Assembly (NCBI GenBank): GCA_045644145.1
Contig: JAZRGK010000005.1
Coordinates: 20,451-84,450 of the forward strand
Origin: Candidatus Flemingiibacterium sp.
GTDB lineage: Bacteria > Bacillota > Clostridia > Oscillospirales > CAG-272
DNA: 64,000 nt
Reading direction: 5' to 3'
Positions 25,318 to 36,280 of this stretch are shown here, one piece after another (positions within the stretch are counted from its first letter, which is position 1; each line of letters opens with the position of its first letter). The position numbers and the translations under genes were made by a program. The notes beneath the pieces were generated by a model. That model did not search any database. It was given only the letters and a program-made list of their open reading frames with translations, and was not told the DNA's origin.

Positions 25318-26783
25318 GCGTGTTTTCTCCTGATCCAGATAATGATACCTGCTGTAAATACACACGCAGGCATTGCTACAGCAATTCCCCAAGTCCATGC
25401 GCCTGCCTCGGATTCAAGAATGTCAAGGGATTCATCCTCAAACACCTTGAATTTAAGTTCAAGCGGAACCTGCACTCTGCCCATGGCGCGCATCATAGTA
25501 TATATGATATCTCTGTTTGCATATGTGGGAGTAAGGAATGTGTCAGCCGTAAAATACTTTGAACCAATCGCAAACACATACGAATAGTGGGGGGTGTTAT
25601 CGATATAGCGTGTTTCACGACTGAGAGCTACGAGAGAATATCTTCCCTCCTCCGCCAGCTTTCCGTCAACGTATTTCTGTGCTTTATCAGAGGTATAAAT
25701 GGCTGTAGATGTCTGTCTGCTGTTCTGATAATCATACAGCAGATTTATGGGGCTTGCGTAGTTTACTATGGTCTTCGGCACAGTACCAACCGACACGATA
25801 TCGGTTACAAGAGAGGTTCCAAGAGAATTCTCCTCTAACGAGTACTGTCCGGAAATCGCATAATGGGTGGTGTCAATGGAGCTTGACGGATCCTTAAGCA
25901 CGGAATTGTCAAACTCGATACCCCATTCAACGAGGAATTCCTCAAGTTCGGGAAGCTCGTTTGTGTCGGGATCCATAAACACCATAAGATTCCCGAAGCC
26001 GTCGAGAAAATCGTCGATCTTTTCAATCTCGGATTTTCTTCCTGCCGTAGCTTCGGATATGCCTTCAAAGTCATACAGAGGGTCTGAAATTACAAGTAAA
26101 CGTCCGTCTTCATGGAAATCTTCCTTTGTAAGATCGATCGTGCGAAGCTCATATCCGGCATCGTAGAACATCTCCTGCATGGAGTTTGAGATAGATTCGC
26201 CGTGAGTATAAGTAAAATACGCAATGGGTGTTTCCGCCTGTGTACACTGTACCATGGCAGTGATCAGCTTAAGCTCGCCATTGAACGCCCAAACGGTAGT
26301 ATTATCGGTATCGAATATAAACAATGCTTCAAGAGCAAACTTTCTGAATTCCGTGCCACTTTCCACAATTATCGTCTGCGCGTTTATATTGTCGGCGGCA
26401 GAGGATTTATATTTCAGTACAGCGGTAGGATTCTTAACGGGATCTATGTAGTCATATGTGATATTGTCATATTCCGCCGCCATCTCGCGTACAAGCTCAA
26501 ACACCATTTTCTGCGCGGAGTTAGATTCCATAACGTCAAAAGGGGAGCAGAAATGTATCTGTATGGGCGCGTCGATATCGTCAAGCATTGCGCGTCCGGC
26601 ATCCGTAAGCCCGAATATACCCTCTTTGGTGAGGTCTACATACCAGTTGTTTTTATATGCAAATGCGGAAAATATTACGTTGGCGATCACCACAGCGGCA
26701 ATAACTACAACCGTTAGCAAGAGCGATATCGAGCCGTGTTTTACTTTTTTACCCATTTCAAGGGCTTTTTGATTCTTATTCAT
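25314..26783 (-). CDS. GldG-family ABC-transport auxiliary protein
   Basis: 489 aa with TM helices at the N- and C-termini. Its position after an ABC-2 permease and ATPase fits the family. Confidence 0.7.
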   Translation of the reverse strand: MNKNQKALEMGKKVKHGSISLLLTVVVIAAVVIANVIFSAFAYKNNWYVDLTKEGIFGLTDAGRAMLDDIDAPIQIHFCSPFDVMESNSAQKMVFELVREMAAEYDNITYDYIDPVKNPTAVLKYKSSAADNINAQTIIVESGTEFRKFALEALFIFDTDNTTVWAFNGELKLITAMVQCTQAETPIAYFTYTHGESISNSMQEMFYDAGYELRTIDLTKEDFHEDGRLLVISDPLYDFEGISEATAGRKSEIEKIDDFLDGFGNLMVFMDPDTNELPELEEFLVEWGIEFDNSVLKDPSSSIDTTHYAISGQYSLEENSLGTSLVTDIVSVGTVPKTIVNYASPINLLYDYQNSRQTSTAIYTSDKAQKYVDGKLAEEGRYSLVALSRETRYIDNTPHYSYVFAIGSKYFTADTFLTPTYANRDIIYTMMRAMGRVQVPLELKFKVFEDESLDILESEAGAWTWGIAVAMPACVFTAGIIIWIRRKHA

Positions 26784-26807
26784 TTTCGGTATCTCCTTTC
26801 TGCCTTG

Positions 26808-27518
26808 TCACGACCAGCGGCGCTTTTCGTATACGCGCACGGTGAGGAACATGAATATAAAGCATATTGAGAAGTAATAAAGAAGCGAGGCTATATCAAG
26901 AATTCCGTATGCGAAATTGCTGTAACGGCTGAATACGGATATCCATGTAAGCGCAACTCTGATAGCATACACATCAATAAAGCTGGAAAGAAATCCTATA
27001 ACCAGCATAAAGAGTATAATACCGATAGTACCTACAGCGGCAACGATCTGATTTTCTGTCAGTGCCGACACAAAAATTCCGATAGCAATAAATGCCGCGC
27101 CGATAAGAAGGATTCCGACTGCACTTGAGATAAGCGTTGCAGTATTGGGAGTACCGTATTTGTAGAGTAACGAGAAGTTAATGATGCTTCCAAGCACAAA
27201 AGTTCCGGAGAACATCGTGTATGCGGCAAAGAATTTACCGGCAACCATGCCCATAAGGCTGATAGGCGCTGTAAGCAATAACTGCTCAGTGCGTGCTCTG
27301 CGCTCCTCGCTGAACATCTTCATGGTAAGCATAGGCACAAGAACAATAAACGCCCACATTACGAACTGAAAATAGGACGACACACTGCTTCCTGTTCCCA
27401 TAAGGAGCGTACAGAACGCAAATAGAAAGGCATTTACGGCAAGAAACATAGCCATAAACACATATCCTACGGGTGAGGTAAAATAAGCCAGCATCTCACG
27501 CTTATATATAGCTAACAT
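26808..27518 (-). CDS. ABC-2 type transporter permease (GldF-like)
   Basis: 236 aa with six hydrophobic helices. Its start overlaps the ATPase stop by 1 nt (TAATG). Confidence 0.8.
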   Translation of the reverse strand: MLAIYKREMLAYFTSPVGYVFMAMFLAVNAFLFAFCTLLMGTGSSVSSYFQFVMWAFIVLVPMLTMKMFSEERRARTEQLLLTAPISLMGMVAGKFFAAYTMFSGTFVLGSIINFSLLYKYGTPNTATLISSAVGILLIGAAFIAIGIFVSALTENQIVAAVGTIGIILFMLVIGFLSSFIDVYAIRVALTWISVFSRYSNFAYGILDIASLLYYFSICFIFMFLTVRVYEKRRWS

Positions 27519-28537
27519 TACTTGTTTTCCTCCTTATTTTCAGATTCGGGGAGCTTTATGTCAAATTCAGGTACTTCACGGGACTTTTTAGGTGTCTGCT
27601 CCTTCTTATCCACAAGCGAGATGAAAACATCCTCAAGGTTAGTTCCTTCTGCCTCAAGTCCGATAAGCGCCCAGTTGTTCTTTGCAAGCATGAAGAACAG
27701 CGGCTTTCGTATATCCACACCGGAACGGCTTTCGATAGCGTAAAGGAAGCTGTCGTTTTCGCGCTCACCCACTACATCCGCACGGATTATTTCGGGAAGT
27801 GCGCGAAGCTCGTGGAGTATCTCGCGCTGTGGGCCGCAGATGCGCGCGTTCAGACGCCTTGTACCTTCAAGCATATTCACGATACTTTCAGTTTTCTCAT
27901 CGGCAATAAGCTTACCGGAATTTATAATAAGTATACGGTCGCAGACTGCCTGCACCTCGGTGAGAATATGTGTTGACAGGATAACAGTATGAGCTTGTCC
28001 CAGCGTTCTGATAAGCGAACGTATCTCGATTATTTCTTTAGGGTCAAGACCAACCGTAGGCTCGTCCAGAATTATTACAGCAGGGTTTCCAACAAGCGCC
28101 TGAGCAATACCCACACGCTGTTTGTAACCTTTTGAAAGATTCTTGATAAGACGGTTCTTATTGTAGTCGTCAATCAGCTTGACAACCCGACAGATCTCCT
28201 CAAGATGCTTTTTGCGGTTAAGAGTACAGCCTTTAAGATCATACACAAAATTAAGATACTCGCGTACGGTCATATCAGTGTACAGCGGCGGCTGTTCCGG
28301 AAGATATCCGATAAGCTTTTTCGCTTCAATGGGATTTTCCAAAATATTTATGCCGCCAATCTCAGCAGTTCCGAGAGTTGAGGACATATATCCCGTTATA
28401 ATGTTCATGGTGGTGGATTTTCCCGCACCGTTAGGGCCGAGGAAGCCTACTATCTCGCCTTTTCCCACGGAAAAGCTGATGTCGTCCACAGCATATTTGC
28501 TTCCAAAGCGTTTGGATAGATTTTTTACTTCTATCAT
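27518..28537 (-). CDS. ABC transporter ATP-binding protein
   Basis: The start is moved to MIEVKNLSKRFG, with GGAGGAATATCCA before the ATG. Walker A is GPNGAGKST, the signature is LSKGYKQR and Walker B is ILDEPT. Confidence 0.9.
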   Translation of the reverse strand: MIEVKNLSKRFGSKYAVDDISFSVGKGEIVGFLGPNGAGKSTTMNIITGYMSSTLGTAEIGGINILENPIEAKKLIGYLPEQPPLYTDMTVREYLNFVYDLKGCTLNRKKHLEEICRVVKLIDDYNKNRLIKNLSKGYKQRVGIAQALVGNPAVIILDEPTVGLDPKEIIEIRSLIRTLGQAHTVILSTHILTEVQAVCDRILIINSGKLIADEKTESIVNMLEGTRRLNARICGPQREILHELRALPEIIRADVVGERENDSFLYAIESRSGVDIRKPLFFMLAKNNWALIGLEAEGTNLEDVFISLVDKKEQTPKKSREVPEFDIKLPESENKEENK

Positions 28538-28734
28538 TGGATATTCCTCCAAAAATTTATATTGTATGTTATATATTGTCCTTTGAAAAACGCCGTCGTG
28601 CCTTAAAAAGGCACGACAAAAGTATACCATAACAATTTGAACAAATCTTGAACATTCGCCCCGTTCACATAAGAAATCGGGAAAGTTTTCACATACCGTC
28701 ACTTAGCGGTGATTTTATTCACAATATCCTCACA

Positions 28735-29541
28735 TTATTTGCCAAGTGATATTACAGACAGCATTGTGCCCCTCAGCCCTTTGGAATAACGATGGGAGAA
28801 AAACAGCTCCGGATGACAGCAGGTGCACATATCGCATACATCGATATTTTCTTCCATGAGTCCGCCATCAAGCAACATTCTTCGGTTCATCCCCACAATA
28901 TCGGCGTAAAGCTTACCGTCCTTTTTTTTAATAAAGTCTTGTGCTATTTCATCGCCGGCAAGCTTAATAACACTTTGAAGAAAGTCCTCGCCAACCTCAT
29001 AACAGCAGGAATGTATTGCCGGCCCTACTGCGGCACGGATATTTTCAGCCTTCGCACCAAGAAAGCACATCTTTTTTATACATTCGGTAACGATTCCCGA
29101 CACTGTACCGCGCCAGCCTGCATGCACCGCGCCGATAATACAGTTCACCGGATCATGGAGCAGTATGGGCACGCAGTCAGCGGTCTTTACGCCGAGAGTG
29201 ACTCCACTATCTTTTGCGGCGTATCCGTCGCATGGATCTTCGGTTTCCGTAAAATATCCCTCTCCGCAGTCGCAGCAGTTAACACAGACCACATCACGGG
29301 AGTGTACCTGTCTGCGGCTTATTATGCTCCTTGCTTCAACGCCTACAGCTTTAGAAAAACGGAACAGATTTTCAAGCACCGTTTCCTCGCTGTCACCGCG
29401 TCCGAAAGCAAGATTAAGTGACGAAGTATGCGCCTCGCGGCTGACACCGCCTATTCGGGTAGAAAATCCGTGCGGAACGGTTATTTTATCTGAACACAAG
29501 TATTTTACGCCGTTTTCGGCGCTTACAATTTCAAATGCCAT
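28735..29541 (-). CDS. pgeF: YfiH/PgeF-family (DUF152, laccase-domain) protein
   Basis: HGFSTRIGGVS...TADCVPILL...HAGWRG...CTCC motifs. Confidence 0.85.
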   Translation of the reverse strand: MAFEIVSAENGVKYLCSDKITVPHGFSTRIGGVSREAHTSSLNLAFGRGDSEETVLENLFRFSKAVGVEARSIISRRQVHSRDVVCVNCCDCGEGYFTETEDPCDGYAAKDSGVTLGVKTADCVPILLHDPVNCIIGAVHAGWRGTVSGIVTECIKKMCFLGAKAENIRAAVGPAIHSCCYEVGEDFLQSVIKLAGDEIAQDFIKKKDGKLYADIVGMNRRMLLDGGLMEENIDVCDMCTCCHPELFFSHRYSKGLRGTMLSVISLGK

Positions 29542-29548
29542 CTCTACC

Positions 29549-30451
29549 TCACAATGAGAAAAGTTTTATTACTTTTACAGCGCTTCCTGCCTCAAAATCA
29601 CGCACCTCCGCGAGGGCATAGAACCCATCCTTACCGTAAAGACGCAGTCTTGTACCCACAGGATAGTCTGTTTTGATCTTTTTTTGATATATTTCGTTGC
29701 CATCCCGTGAAAGCTTTTCAAAAAACGGCGCAAGCTTCACACAAGGAAGCTCCGAAAACAGCGTTTCGACCGGCAAAAGAAGCAAAACACGTTCTTCATA
29801 GGTCGTTTGCTCAAGCGCTTCCAATGTGGTGCACTTATCAAGGGTAAATCCTCCGCTTGCAAGCCGCACAAGAGAGCTCATAGCGCCGCCGCATCCCAGC
29901 CTTGTACCTATATCAGCGCAAAGCGTGCGTATATATGTACCCTTTGAGCAGTGAACGGTCAGTGTATAATCACAGTCCGACGCACCTGCCTCAGCTTCTA
30001 TAGAAAAGACAGTTATTGGGCGAGCTTCACGCTCCACATTTATGCCCTGCCTTGCCAAATCAACAAGCTTCTGTCCGCCCACCTTCAAAGCAGAATACAT
30101 AGGCGGCACCTGCATGATGTCACCCACAAATTCTCTGCATGCGGCAAGGACCCGATCTGACGAAGGGACTTCCTCACACTCGGTCAGTATTTTTCCCGTG
30201 GTATCTTCGGTGTCGGTGGTAATTCCAAGGTAAAGTCCGGCACGGTACTTTTTATTGTCGCTTGAAAGAAGGTCTGCAGCTTTTGTAGCCCTGCCGATAA
30301 GTATGGGAAGCACACCGGTAGCCATAGGATCAAGAGTGCCGGTATGCCCCACTTTTTTTGTGTTAAACAGACGGCGCATGCGATTTACGCAGTCGTGGGA
30401 TGTAACCCCCTCGGGCTTATTTAACAGTATAACTCCCGATGGCTCAGTCAT
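29549..30451 (-). CDS. truB: tRNA pseudouridine(55) synthase
   Basis: GVILLNKPEGVTSHDCVNRMRRLFNTKKVGHTGTLDPMATGVLPI. Confidence 0.93.
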   Translation of the reverse strand: MTEPSGVILLNKPEGVTSHDCVNRMRRLFNTKKVGHTGTLDPMATGVLPILIGRATKAADLLSSDNKKYRAGLYLGITTDTEDTTGKILTECEEVPSSDRVLAACREFVGDIMQVPPMYSALKVGGQKLVDLARQGINVEREARPITVFSIEAEAGASDCDYTLTVHCSKGTYIRTLCADIGTRLGCGGAMSSLVRLASGGFTLDKCTTLEALEQTTYEERVLLLLPVETLFSELPCVKLAPFFEKLSRDGNEIYQKKIKTDYPVGTRLRLYGKDGFYALAEVRDFEAGSAVKVIKLFSL

Positions 30452-31497
30452 AATTCGTCTGCTCCTTTGAAAGCATCCGCCGCATCGAGGGAAGCAAGTT
30501 CGCGAAGAATCTCACCAACTACAGCTTCCTCCGCAGCTTTTTTATTTTCCGCTGTAAGCGTGCAGCCTGCCGCACGCTTATGTCCGCCGCCGCCGAATAC
30601 GGCACAAAGCTTCGCAACATCGGCAACGCGGTTTGAGCGCATGGAAACCTTATAGAGATTCGGCGTATCGGGGCTTTCCTTTATGGCAACGCCTACTTCT
30701 ACGCCCTCAATTCCTCTCGTAAGCGATATAATATCGTCAATATCCTCGCGTGTAACATCATTTTCTTCCATCATTGCTTTGGTGAAGTTTATAAGCGCAA
30801 CACGGCTGTTATCGTAAAAATGCAGTGCATTCAGTGCTGCACGGGTGGCACGTATCTGAGAAATGGGGCGTGAATCATACAAACGGCGCGCTATCTCTGA
30901 ATGATTTATTCCCGTTTCGTGAAGCATTGCAATGCGCATATGGGTTTCTGCCGTTACCGCCTCAAATTTAAAGCTTCCGGTATCAGAAGATATAGCCGCC
31001 CACAAGGCAGTCGCCGCTCCCTTATCAAGAAAATCATAGCCGCGCGATTTGAATTCCGAGAAAATGTCAACAATAATCTCGCCGCATGCACCTACATCCC
31101 CAACATATGTTTCCTTCGCAAAAGGAGTGCCGAGTCCGTGGTGGTCTATAGCGAGGTCAACACGGCTTCCGTATTCATCTTCAAGGTTGTCGAGAAGCTT
31201 TTTTGTGGAAACATCCACGGAAACAATATATCCCGGCACAAAATCCGCAGGAAGCGTTTCCGGTCGCAGTGAATCCGTACCGAATATGAACGCAAGGCGC
31301 TTCGGAATAGATTCCTCAGAGTTTATAACCTCCGCACGCTTGCCAAGACATCTCAGTAAAGTGCGAAGACCGAATGCGCTTCCAAGCGTATCGGCATCGG
31401 GGCGCATATGAGTAAGAATAAGCACATTCTCCGCCGCTTCAAGCCTATCGCAAACCGCATGGAAGGATATGTTTGAAAGCTCACTCACCGTCTGCAT
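30448..31497 (-). CDS. nrnA: DHH/DHHA1 phosphoesterase (NrnA-like oligoribonuclease / pAp phosphatase)
   Basis: HMRPDADTLGS and DHH (AIDHHG), followed by a C-terminal GGGHKRAAG. The start is set at the ATG at 31497, 6 nt after GGAGG. It overlaps the end of rbfA. Confidence 0.8.
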   Translation of the reverse strand: MQTVSELSNISFHAVCDRLEAAENVLILTHMRPDADTLGSAFGLRTLLRCLGKRAEVINSEESIPKRLAFIFGTDSLRPETLPADFVPGYIVSVDVSTKKLLDNLEDEYGSRVDLAIDHHGLGTPFAKETYVGDVGACGEIIVDIFSEFKSRGYDFLDKGAATALWAAISSDTGSFKFEAVTAETHMRIAMLHETGINHSEIARRLYDSRPISQIRATRAALNALHFYDNSRVALINFTKAMMEENDVTREDIDDIISLTRGIEGVEVGVAIKESPDTPNLYKVSMRSNRVADVAKLCAVFGGGGHKRAAGCTLTAENKKAAEEAVVGEILRELASLDAADAFKGADEL

Positions 31498-31855
31498 CTT
31501 CATCCTCCGGGAAATCCGTGAACTCGATTTTATTAAGAAGCTCATTTATATGTGCACCGTATGCAATGGAATCATCGGTCACAAATGTAAGCTCCGGTGT
31601 CTGACGGAGATTAAGGGTTTCCGCGATACGCTTTCTGATATATCCCGATGCGCTCTTAAGTCCCTTTCCGACTTCCTTTGCATCACCGCTCATTACGGAA
31701 TAGAATATCTTTGCAAATTTAAGGTCAGGTGTAACATCAGCCGCCGTAACGCTGACGAAAGCCTCCGAAACACGGGGATCCTTGATCTCGCGCAATATAA
31801 CGGCAAGCTCCTTTACCATTTCTTCGTTTATTCTGCCACGTCTGTATTTTGCCAT
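31481..31855 (-). CDS. rbfA: Ribosome-binding factor A
   Basis: MAKYRRGRINEEMVKELAVILREIKDPRV...VTAADVTPDLKFAKIFYSV. Confidence 0.88.
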   Translation of the reverse strand: MAKYRRGRINEEMVKELAVILREIKDPRVSEAFVSVTAADVTPDLKFAKIFYSVMSGDAKEVGKGLKSASGYIRKRIAETLNLRQTPELTFVTDDSIAYGAHINELLNKIEFTDFPEDEDADGE

Positions 31856-32139
31856 AATTATGACCATTCCTTTCTAACAAGTGTAAAGTTTTGTGGCGGT
31901 TTCCGCCAGGAAATTCGAATCGAAGATGCGAAAGGCACAAAACTTCCTGGCTTGAAAAACGATCTGTTTTTCAAGCTTGCCTCCTTGGTGCATTTACTTA
32001 TATTTAAGCCAAAGGGCTGTAAAATTCATTAACACATTTATTTTATCATAAATCGTAACAAATATAAAGGCTCTTTTGTAAATTTCTTTTGCAAAATGCG
32101 ATTTTTTTAAAGAAAGCGGCTTAAACCTTTCGATATATA

Positions 32140-32168
32140 TTGAAAAATTCATATTTTCATGGTATGAT
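32140..32168 (+). promoter_or_regulatory. Sigma-A promoter with extended -10
   Basis: TTGAAA (32140..32145), a 17-nt spacer, then TGgTATGAT (32160..32168). Confidence 0.6.
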
Positions 32169-32215
32169 ATTAAGGTAATAAGATAAAATCCCACTGTTAC
32201 GGAGGACAAATTCAA

Positions 32216-34507
32216 ATGGTAGAACTTATAAAGAACGGTGCTTACCTTGCTTACGGCAATACGTTGATCGAGGATGATACAAATGCCGCATATCAGCTTA
32301 AGGCGCTGGGCAAGGACGGCATTTCAAAGGAAGAAGCCAAGAAAAACACCATGGCTTACGGAATACTCTCCGCCCACAATACTTCCGACAGCGAAAACGA
32401 GCTTCGAATCAAGTTCGATGCAATGGCATCCCACGATATAACCTATGTGGGCATTATTCAGACCGCCCGTGCAAGCGGACTTGAAAAATTCCCTATCCCC
32501 TATGTGCTTACCAACTGCCATAACAGTCTTTGCGCTGTAGGCGGAACCATAAACGAGGACGACCATGTATTCGGTCTGTCCGCGGCGCAGAAATACGGCG
32601 GAATCTATGTACCTGCACACATTGCGGTTATACATTCATATATGCGCGAGATGATGAGCGGATGCGGACGCATGATACTCGGCTCTGACTCTCACACACG
32701 TTACGGTGCGCTTGGTACTATGGCGATCGGCGAAGGCGGTCCCGAGCTTGTTAAGCAGCTTCTCTGCCGCACATACGACATTAAGCGTCCCGAGGTTATC
32801 GCCGTACACATGACCGGCAAACCGAGGGCTGGCGTTGGTCCGCAGGACGTTGCCCTTGCCATTATCGGCGCGGTGTTCAAGAACGGCTTTGTTAAAAACA
32901 AGGTGCTCGAATTCGTAGGCGACGGAATTGCTCAGCTTCCCATAGAATTCCGCAACGGCATCGACGTTATGACCACCGAAACCACCTGTCTTTCCTCTAT
33001 CTGGGTAACAGACGATGAAACCAAATGTTACTTCGATCTCCACGGCAGAAGCGATGCTTACAAGAAGCTTGCTCCCGGATCTCTCGCTTACTATGACGGC
33101 GCAATAAAGGTTGACCTTTCAAGAGTAGAGCCTATGATAGCTCTCCCGTTCCATCCGTCAAACACCTATACTGTAAGGAATCTCATCGACAATGCGGCTG
33201 ATATTCTCCGCGAGGTTGAGCTCAGTGTTGCCGAGCAGCTTGACAATCCCAATATCAAGCTTTCCCTTACCGATAAAATTACCAAAGAAGGCATCAGAGT
33301 GGATCAGGGTGTTATCGCAGGCTGTGCCGGCGGTACATTCGACAACCTTGTGGCGGCAGCGGATATCCTTTCCGGACATTCCACTGGATACGGCGCATTC
33401 AATCTGTCCGCATACCCTGCAAGCCAGCCTGCCTATATCGAGCTTGTGAGAAACGGCTCGGCGGCTAAGCTTATGGAAGCCGGCGTAACACTTCGCACCG
33501 CTTTCTGCGGCCCTTGCTTCGGCGCAGGCGATGTTCCTGCCAACGGCGGACTTTCCATTCGTCATTCCACCAGAAACTTCCCCAACCGTGAGGGTTCAAA
33601 GCCCGGCAACGGTCAGATCGCGGCAGTTGCGCTTATGGATGCACGCTCCATTGCGGCAACCGCAAGAAACGGCGGTATCCTTACGCCCGCAACCGAGATT
33701 GAAGTTGAATACACCACCCCGAACTACAGATTTGATTCCACCGTATACGACCACAGAGTATACAAGGGCTACGGCAAGGCAGACACAGCGGCAGAGCTTA
33801 AGATTGGCCCCAACATTGCCGACTGGCCCGTTATGCCTGAGCTTACCGAGGATTTGCTCCTGCGCGTGGCATCGGTTATCACAGACCCCGTAACCACAAC
33901 CGATGAGCTGATTCCCTCAGGTGAAACCTCATCTTACCGCTCCAACCCCCTTAAGCTTTCAGAATTTGCACTTTCCAGAAAAGATCCCGAATACGTTGGA
34001 CGTGCAAAAGCGGTTCAGGCTTTTGAGAAGGCAAGAGAAGCAGGCGAGAACCAGTTTGAAGGCGAGCTTGCGGACGTATTCGCAAAGATGAGTGAAATAA
34101 AGCCTTCTCTTAACGCCGCAAACATTGGTGTAGGAAGCGTTGTATACGCAAACAAGCCGGGCGACGGTTCAGCCCGTGAGCAGGCAGCATCCTGCCAGAA
34201 GGTGCTTGGCGGATGGGCAAATATTGCCGTTGAATACGCCACCAAGCGTTACCGTTCTAACCTTATCAACTGGGGTATGCTCCCCTTCCTCTTTGACAGT
34301 GCGGACGACTTCGCAGTGGGCGATCATATCTATGTTCCCGATGTCCGCGCGGCTGTTGAGGCTGCAAAATATGAATTTGCGGCATATATAATCAAGGCGG
34401 ACGGAACAGTTAAGCCTATAACTCTCAGAATGGGTGAACTTACCGATGATGAACGCACCATCATTCTCTGCGGATGCCTTATCAACTACTACAGAGCAGG
34501 AAACTGA
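32216..34507 (+). CDS. Aconitase-family hydratase (putative aconitate hydratase)
   Basis: 763 aa with [34 protein letters not shown] and a swivel-domain [12 protein letters not shown]. These are equivalents of the aconitase Fe-S and substrate motifs. Confidence 0.8.
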   Translation: MVELIKNGAYLAYGNTLIEDDTNAAYQLKALGKDGISKEEAKKNTMAYGILSAHNTSDSENELRIKFDAMASHDITYVGIIQTARASGLEKFPIPYVLTNCHNSLCAVGGTINEDDHVFGLSAAQKYGGIYVPAHIAVIHSYMREMMSGCGRMILGSDSHTRYGALGTMAIGEGGPELVKQLLCRTYDIKRPEVIAVHMTGKPRAGVGPQDVALAIIGAVFKNGFVKNKVLEFVGDGIAQLPIEFRNGIDVMTTETTCLSSIWVTDDETKCYFDLHGRSDAYKKLAPGSLAYYDGAIKVDLSRVEPMIALPFHPSNTYTVRNLIDNAADILREVELSVAEQLDNPNIKLSLTDKITKEGIRVDQGVIAGCAGGTFDNLVAAADILSGHSTGYGAFNLSAYPASQPAYIELVRNGSAAKLMEAGVTLRTAFCGPCFGAGDVPANGGLSIRHSTRNFPNREGSKPGNGQIAAVALMDARSIAATARNGGILTPATEIEVEYTTPNYRFDSTVYDHRVYKGYGKADTAAELKIGPNIADWPVMPELTEDLLLRVASVITDPVTTTDELIPSGETSSYRSNPLKLSEFALSRKDPEYVGRAKAVQAFEKAREAGENQFEGELADVFAKMSEIKPSLNAANIGVGSVVYANKPGDGSAREQAASCQKVLGGWANIAVEYATKRYRSNLINWGMLPFLFDSADDFAVGDHIYVPDVRAAVEAAKYEFAAYIIKADGTVKPITLRMGELTDDERTIILCGCLINYYRAGN

Positions 34508-34533
34508 TAAAAAATAATTATTTGGAGATTATC

Positions 34534-36213
34534 ATGAAATTTACTGATATGCCCTATGAGCGCGTTGATCTTGAAGCCCTTGGTGCTGAGATGGGCAGAC
34601 TTACCGAAAAGGTCAAAAACGCCGCTAACGGCGAAACTGTACTTGAAGCATTCCGTGAGCAGGAGAAGCTTAGTATACATGCGCAAACTATGATCTCCCT
34701 CGCTTCTGTGCGCAACTCCATTGATACGAGAGATAAATTCTATGAAGCGGAACAGGAGTTTTACGATACCGCTCTCCCCGCTTTTCAGGAGCACTCCCAG
34801 AATCTGATGCTTGCTATTCTTGAATCCCCCTACAGAAGCGCGGTTTCAGACGTGGCAGGAGAGCTTATGTTTAAGAATATGGAGATGGAGCTTAAAACCT
34901 TCTCTCCGGCTGTCATTGATCTGCTGGGACGCGAAAACAAGCTGGTATCCGACTATCAGAAGCTTATCGCTTCCGCAAAAATAGATTTCGACGGCAAAAA
35001 GCTGAATATTTCCCAACTCGGCGCTTACAAGGAGAATCCCGACCGCGAAGTTCGTCATAACGCATACAAGGCGGAAAGCGGATTCTATATGTCCCACGCA
35101 GACGAGCTTGACTCTATCTTCGACGAACTTGTAAAGGTGCGTACCGAAATCGCCCACAAGCTGGGCTTCAAAAGCTTCACTGAGCTTGCGTATATGCGCC
35201 GCACAAGAAACTGCTATGATCCCGAAATGGTGGCAAATTTCCGCCGTCAGGTGGTTTCCGACCTTGTGCCTATAGTAAAGGAACTGAAGCTTCGTCAGGC
35301 AGAACGTATAGGTCTTACGCCCGACGAAATGCGCATCTATGACGATCCCTTCAGCTTTAAGGAAGGTAATCCCAAGCCTATGGGCATGCCGGATGATATC
35401 ATGGCGGCAGGCAAAAAGATGTATGAGGAAATGTCCGCCGAAACAGGCGAGTTCATTAACTTCATGTATGAAAATGAGCTTCTTGACGTCCTTGCCAAGG
35501 AAGGCAAGGCTGTTGGCGGCTACTGCACAGAGTTCCCTGAGTACAAAGCACCGTTTATCTTCTCCAATTTTAATGGAACCTCAGGCGACGTGGATGTTCT
35601 CACCCACGAGGCAGGTCATGCATTCGCGGCGTATACAACACGCGATTTTGAGTTCCTTGAAAATGCTCAGCCTACAATGGAGTCCTGCGAATGTCACTCC
35701 ATGTCTATGGAATTCTTTGCATGGAAATGGCTGCATCTGTTCTACGGTGACGATACACCGAGAGCTAAATATATGCACCTCGAATCCGCGCTTATATTCA
35801 TCCCCTACGGATGTCTTGTTGACCATTTCCAACATGTGGTTTACGATAATCCAGAGCTTACTCCTGCTGAGCGTCACGAAAAGTGGCTGGAGCTGGAGAA
35901 TATCTACCGTCCGTATATGAATTTCGGCGATGTTGACTTCTACGCAGGCGGCAGAGGTTGGCAAAGACAGCTCCACATTTATCACTATCCCTTCTACTAC
36001 ATCGATTACTGCCTTGCACAGGCCGTGTCACTTAAATTCTGGAGCATGTCCCAAAAGGATTACGCCGATGCATGGGAACGTTACTATAGGTTCGTATGCG
36101 AGGGCGGCAAAAAGACCTTCGTAGGTCTTTGCGAAAGCGCCGACATAACCGTTCCTTTTGAAGACGGTGCTCTTAAGTCCATCTGCGAAACTGCGGCGGA
36201 ATATTTGAAATAA
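34534..36213 (+). CDS. M3-family oligoendopeptidase (PepF-like)
   Basis: The start is moved to MKFTDMPYERVD. Zinc motif THEAGHAF. Confidence 0.85.
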   Translation: MKFTDMPYERVDLEALGAEMGRLTEKVKNAANGETVLEAFREQEKLSIHAQTMISLASVRNSIDTRDKFYEAEQEFYDTALPAFQEHSQNLMLAILESPYRSAVSDVAGELMFKNMEMELKTFSPAVIDLLGRENKLVSDYQKLIASAKIDFDGKKLNISQLGAYKENPDREVRHNAYKAESGFYMSHADELDSIFDELVKVRTEIAHKLGFKSFTELAYMRRTRNCYDPEMVANFRRQVVSDLVPIVKELKLRQAERIGLTPDEMRIYDDPFSFKEGNPKPMGMPDDIMAAGKKMYEEMSAETGEFINFMYENELLDVLAKEGKAVGGYCTEFPEYKAPFIFSNFNGTSGDVDVLTHEAGHAFAAYTTRDFEFLENAQPTMESCECHSMSMEFFAWKWLHLFYGDDTPRAKYMHLESALIFIPYGCLVDHFQHVVYDNPELTPAERHEKWLELENIYRPYMNFGDVDFYAGGRGWQRQLHIYHYPFYYIDYCLAQAVSLKFWSMSQKDYADAWERYYRFVCEGGKKTFVGLCESADITVPFEDGALKSICETAAEYLK

Positions 36214-36241
36214 GCAGCGCGGCAAAAACAAGCATAAATCG

Positions 36242-36274
36242 AACCCGTTACGGCAGGATTTGCCGTAACGGGTT
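36242..36274. terminator. Bidirectional terminator between convergent genes
   Basis: aacccgttacggca ggatt tgccgtaacgggtt followed by AATTTTTT. Confidence 0.8.
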
Positions 36275-36280
36275 AATTTT

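Noticed and set aside
28538-28702. 55-codon N-terminal extension of the ABC ATPase ORF
   Set aside because: A perfect GGAGG RBS precedes the internal ATG at 28537, and the conserved ABC N-terminus (MIEVKNLSKRFG) begins there.
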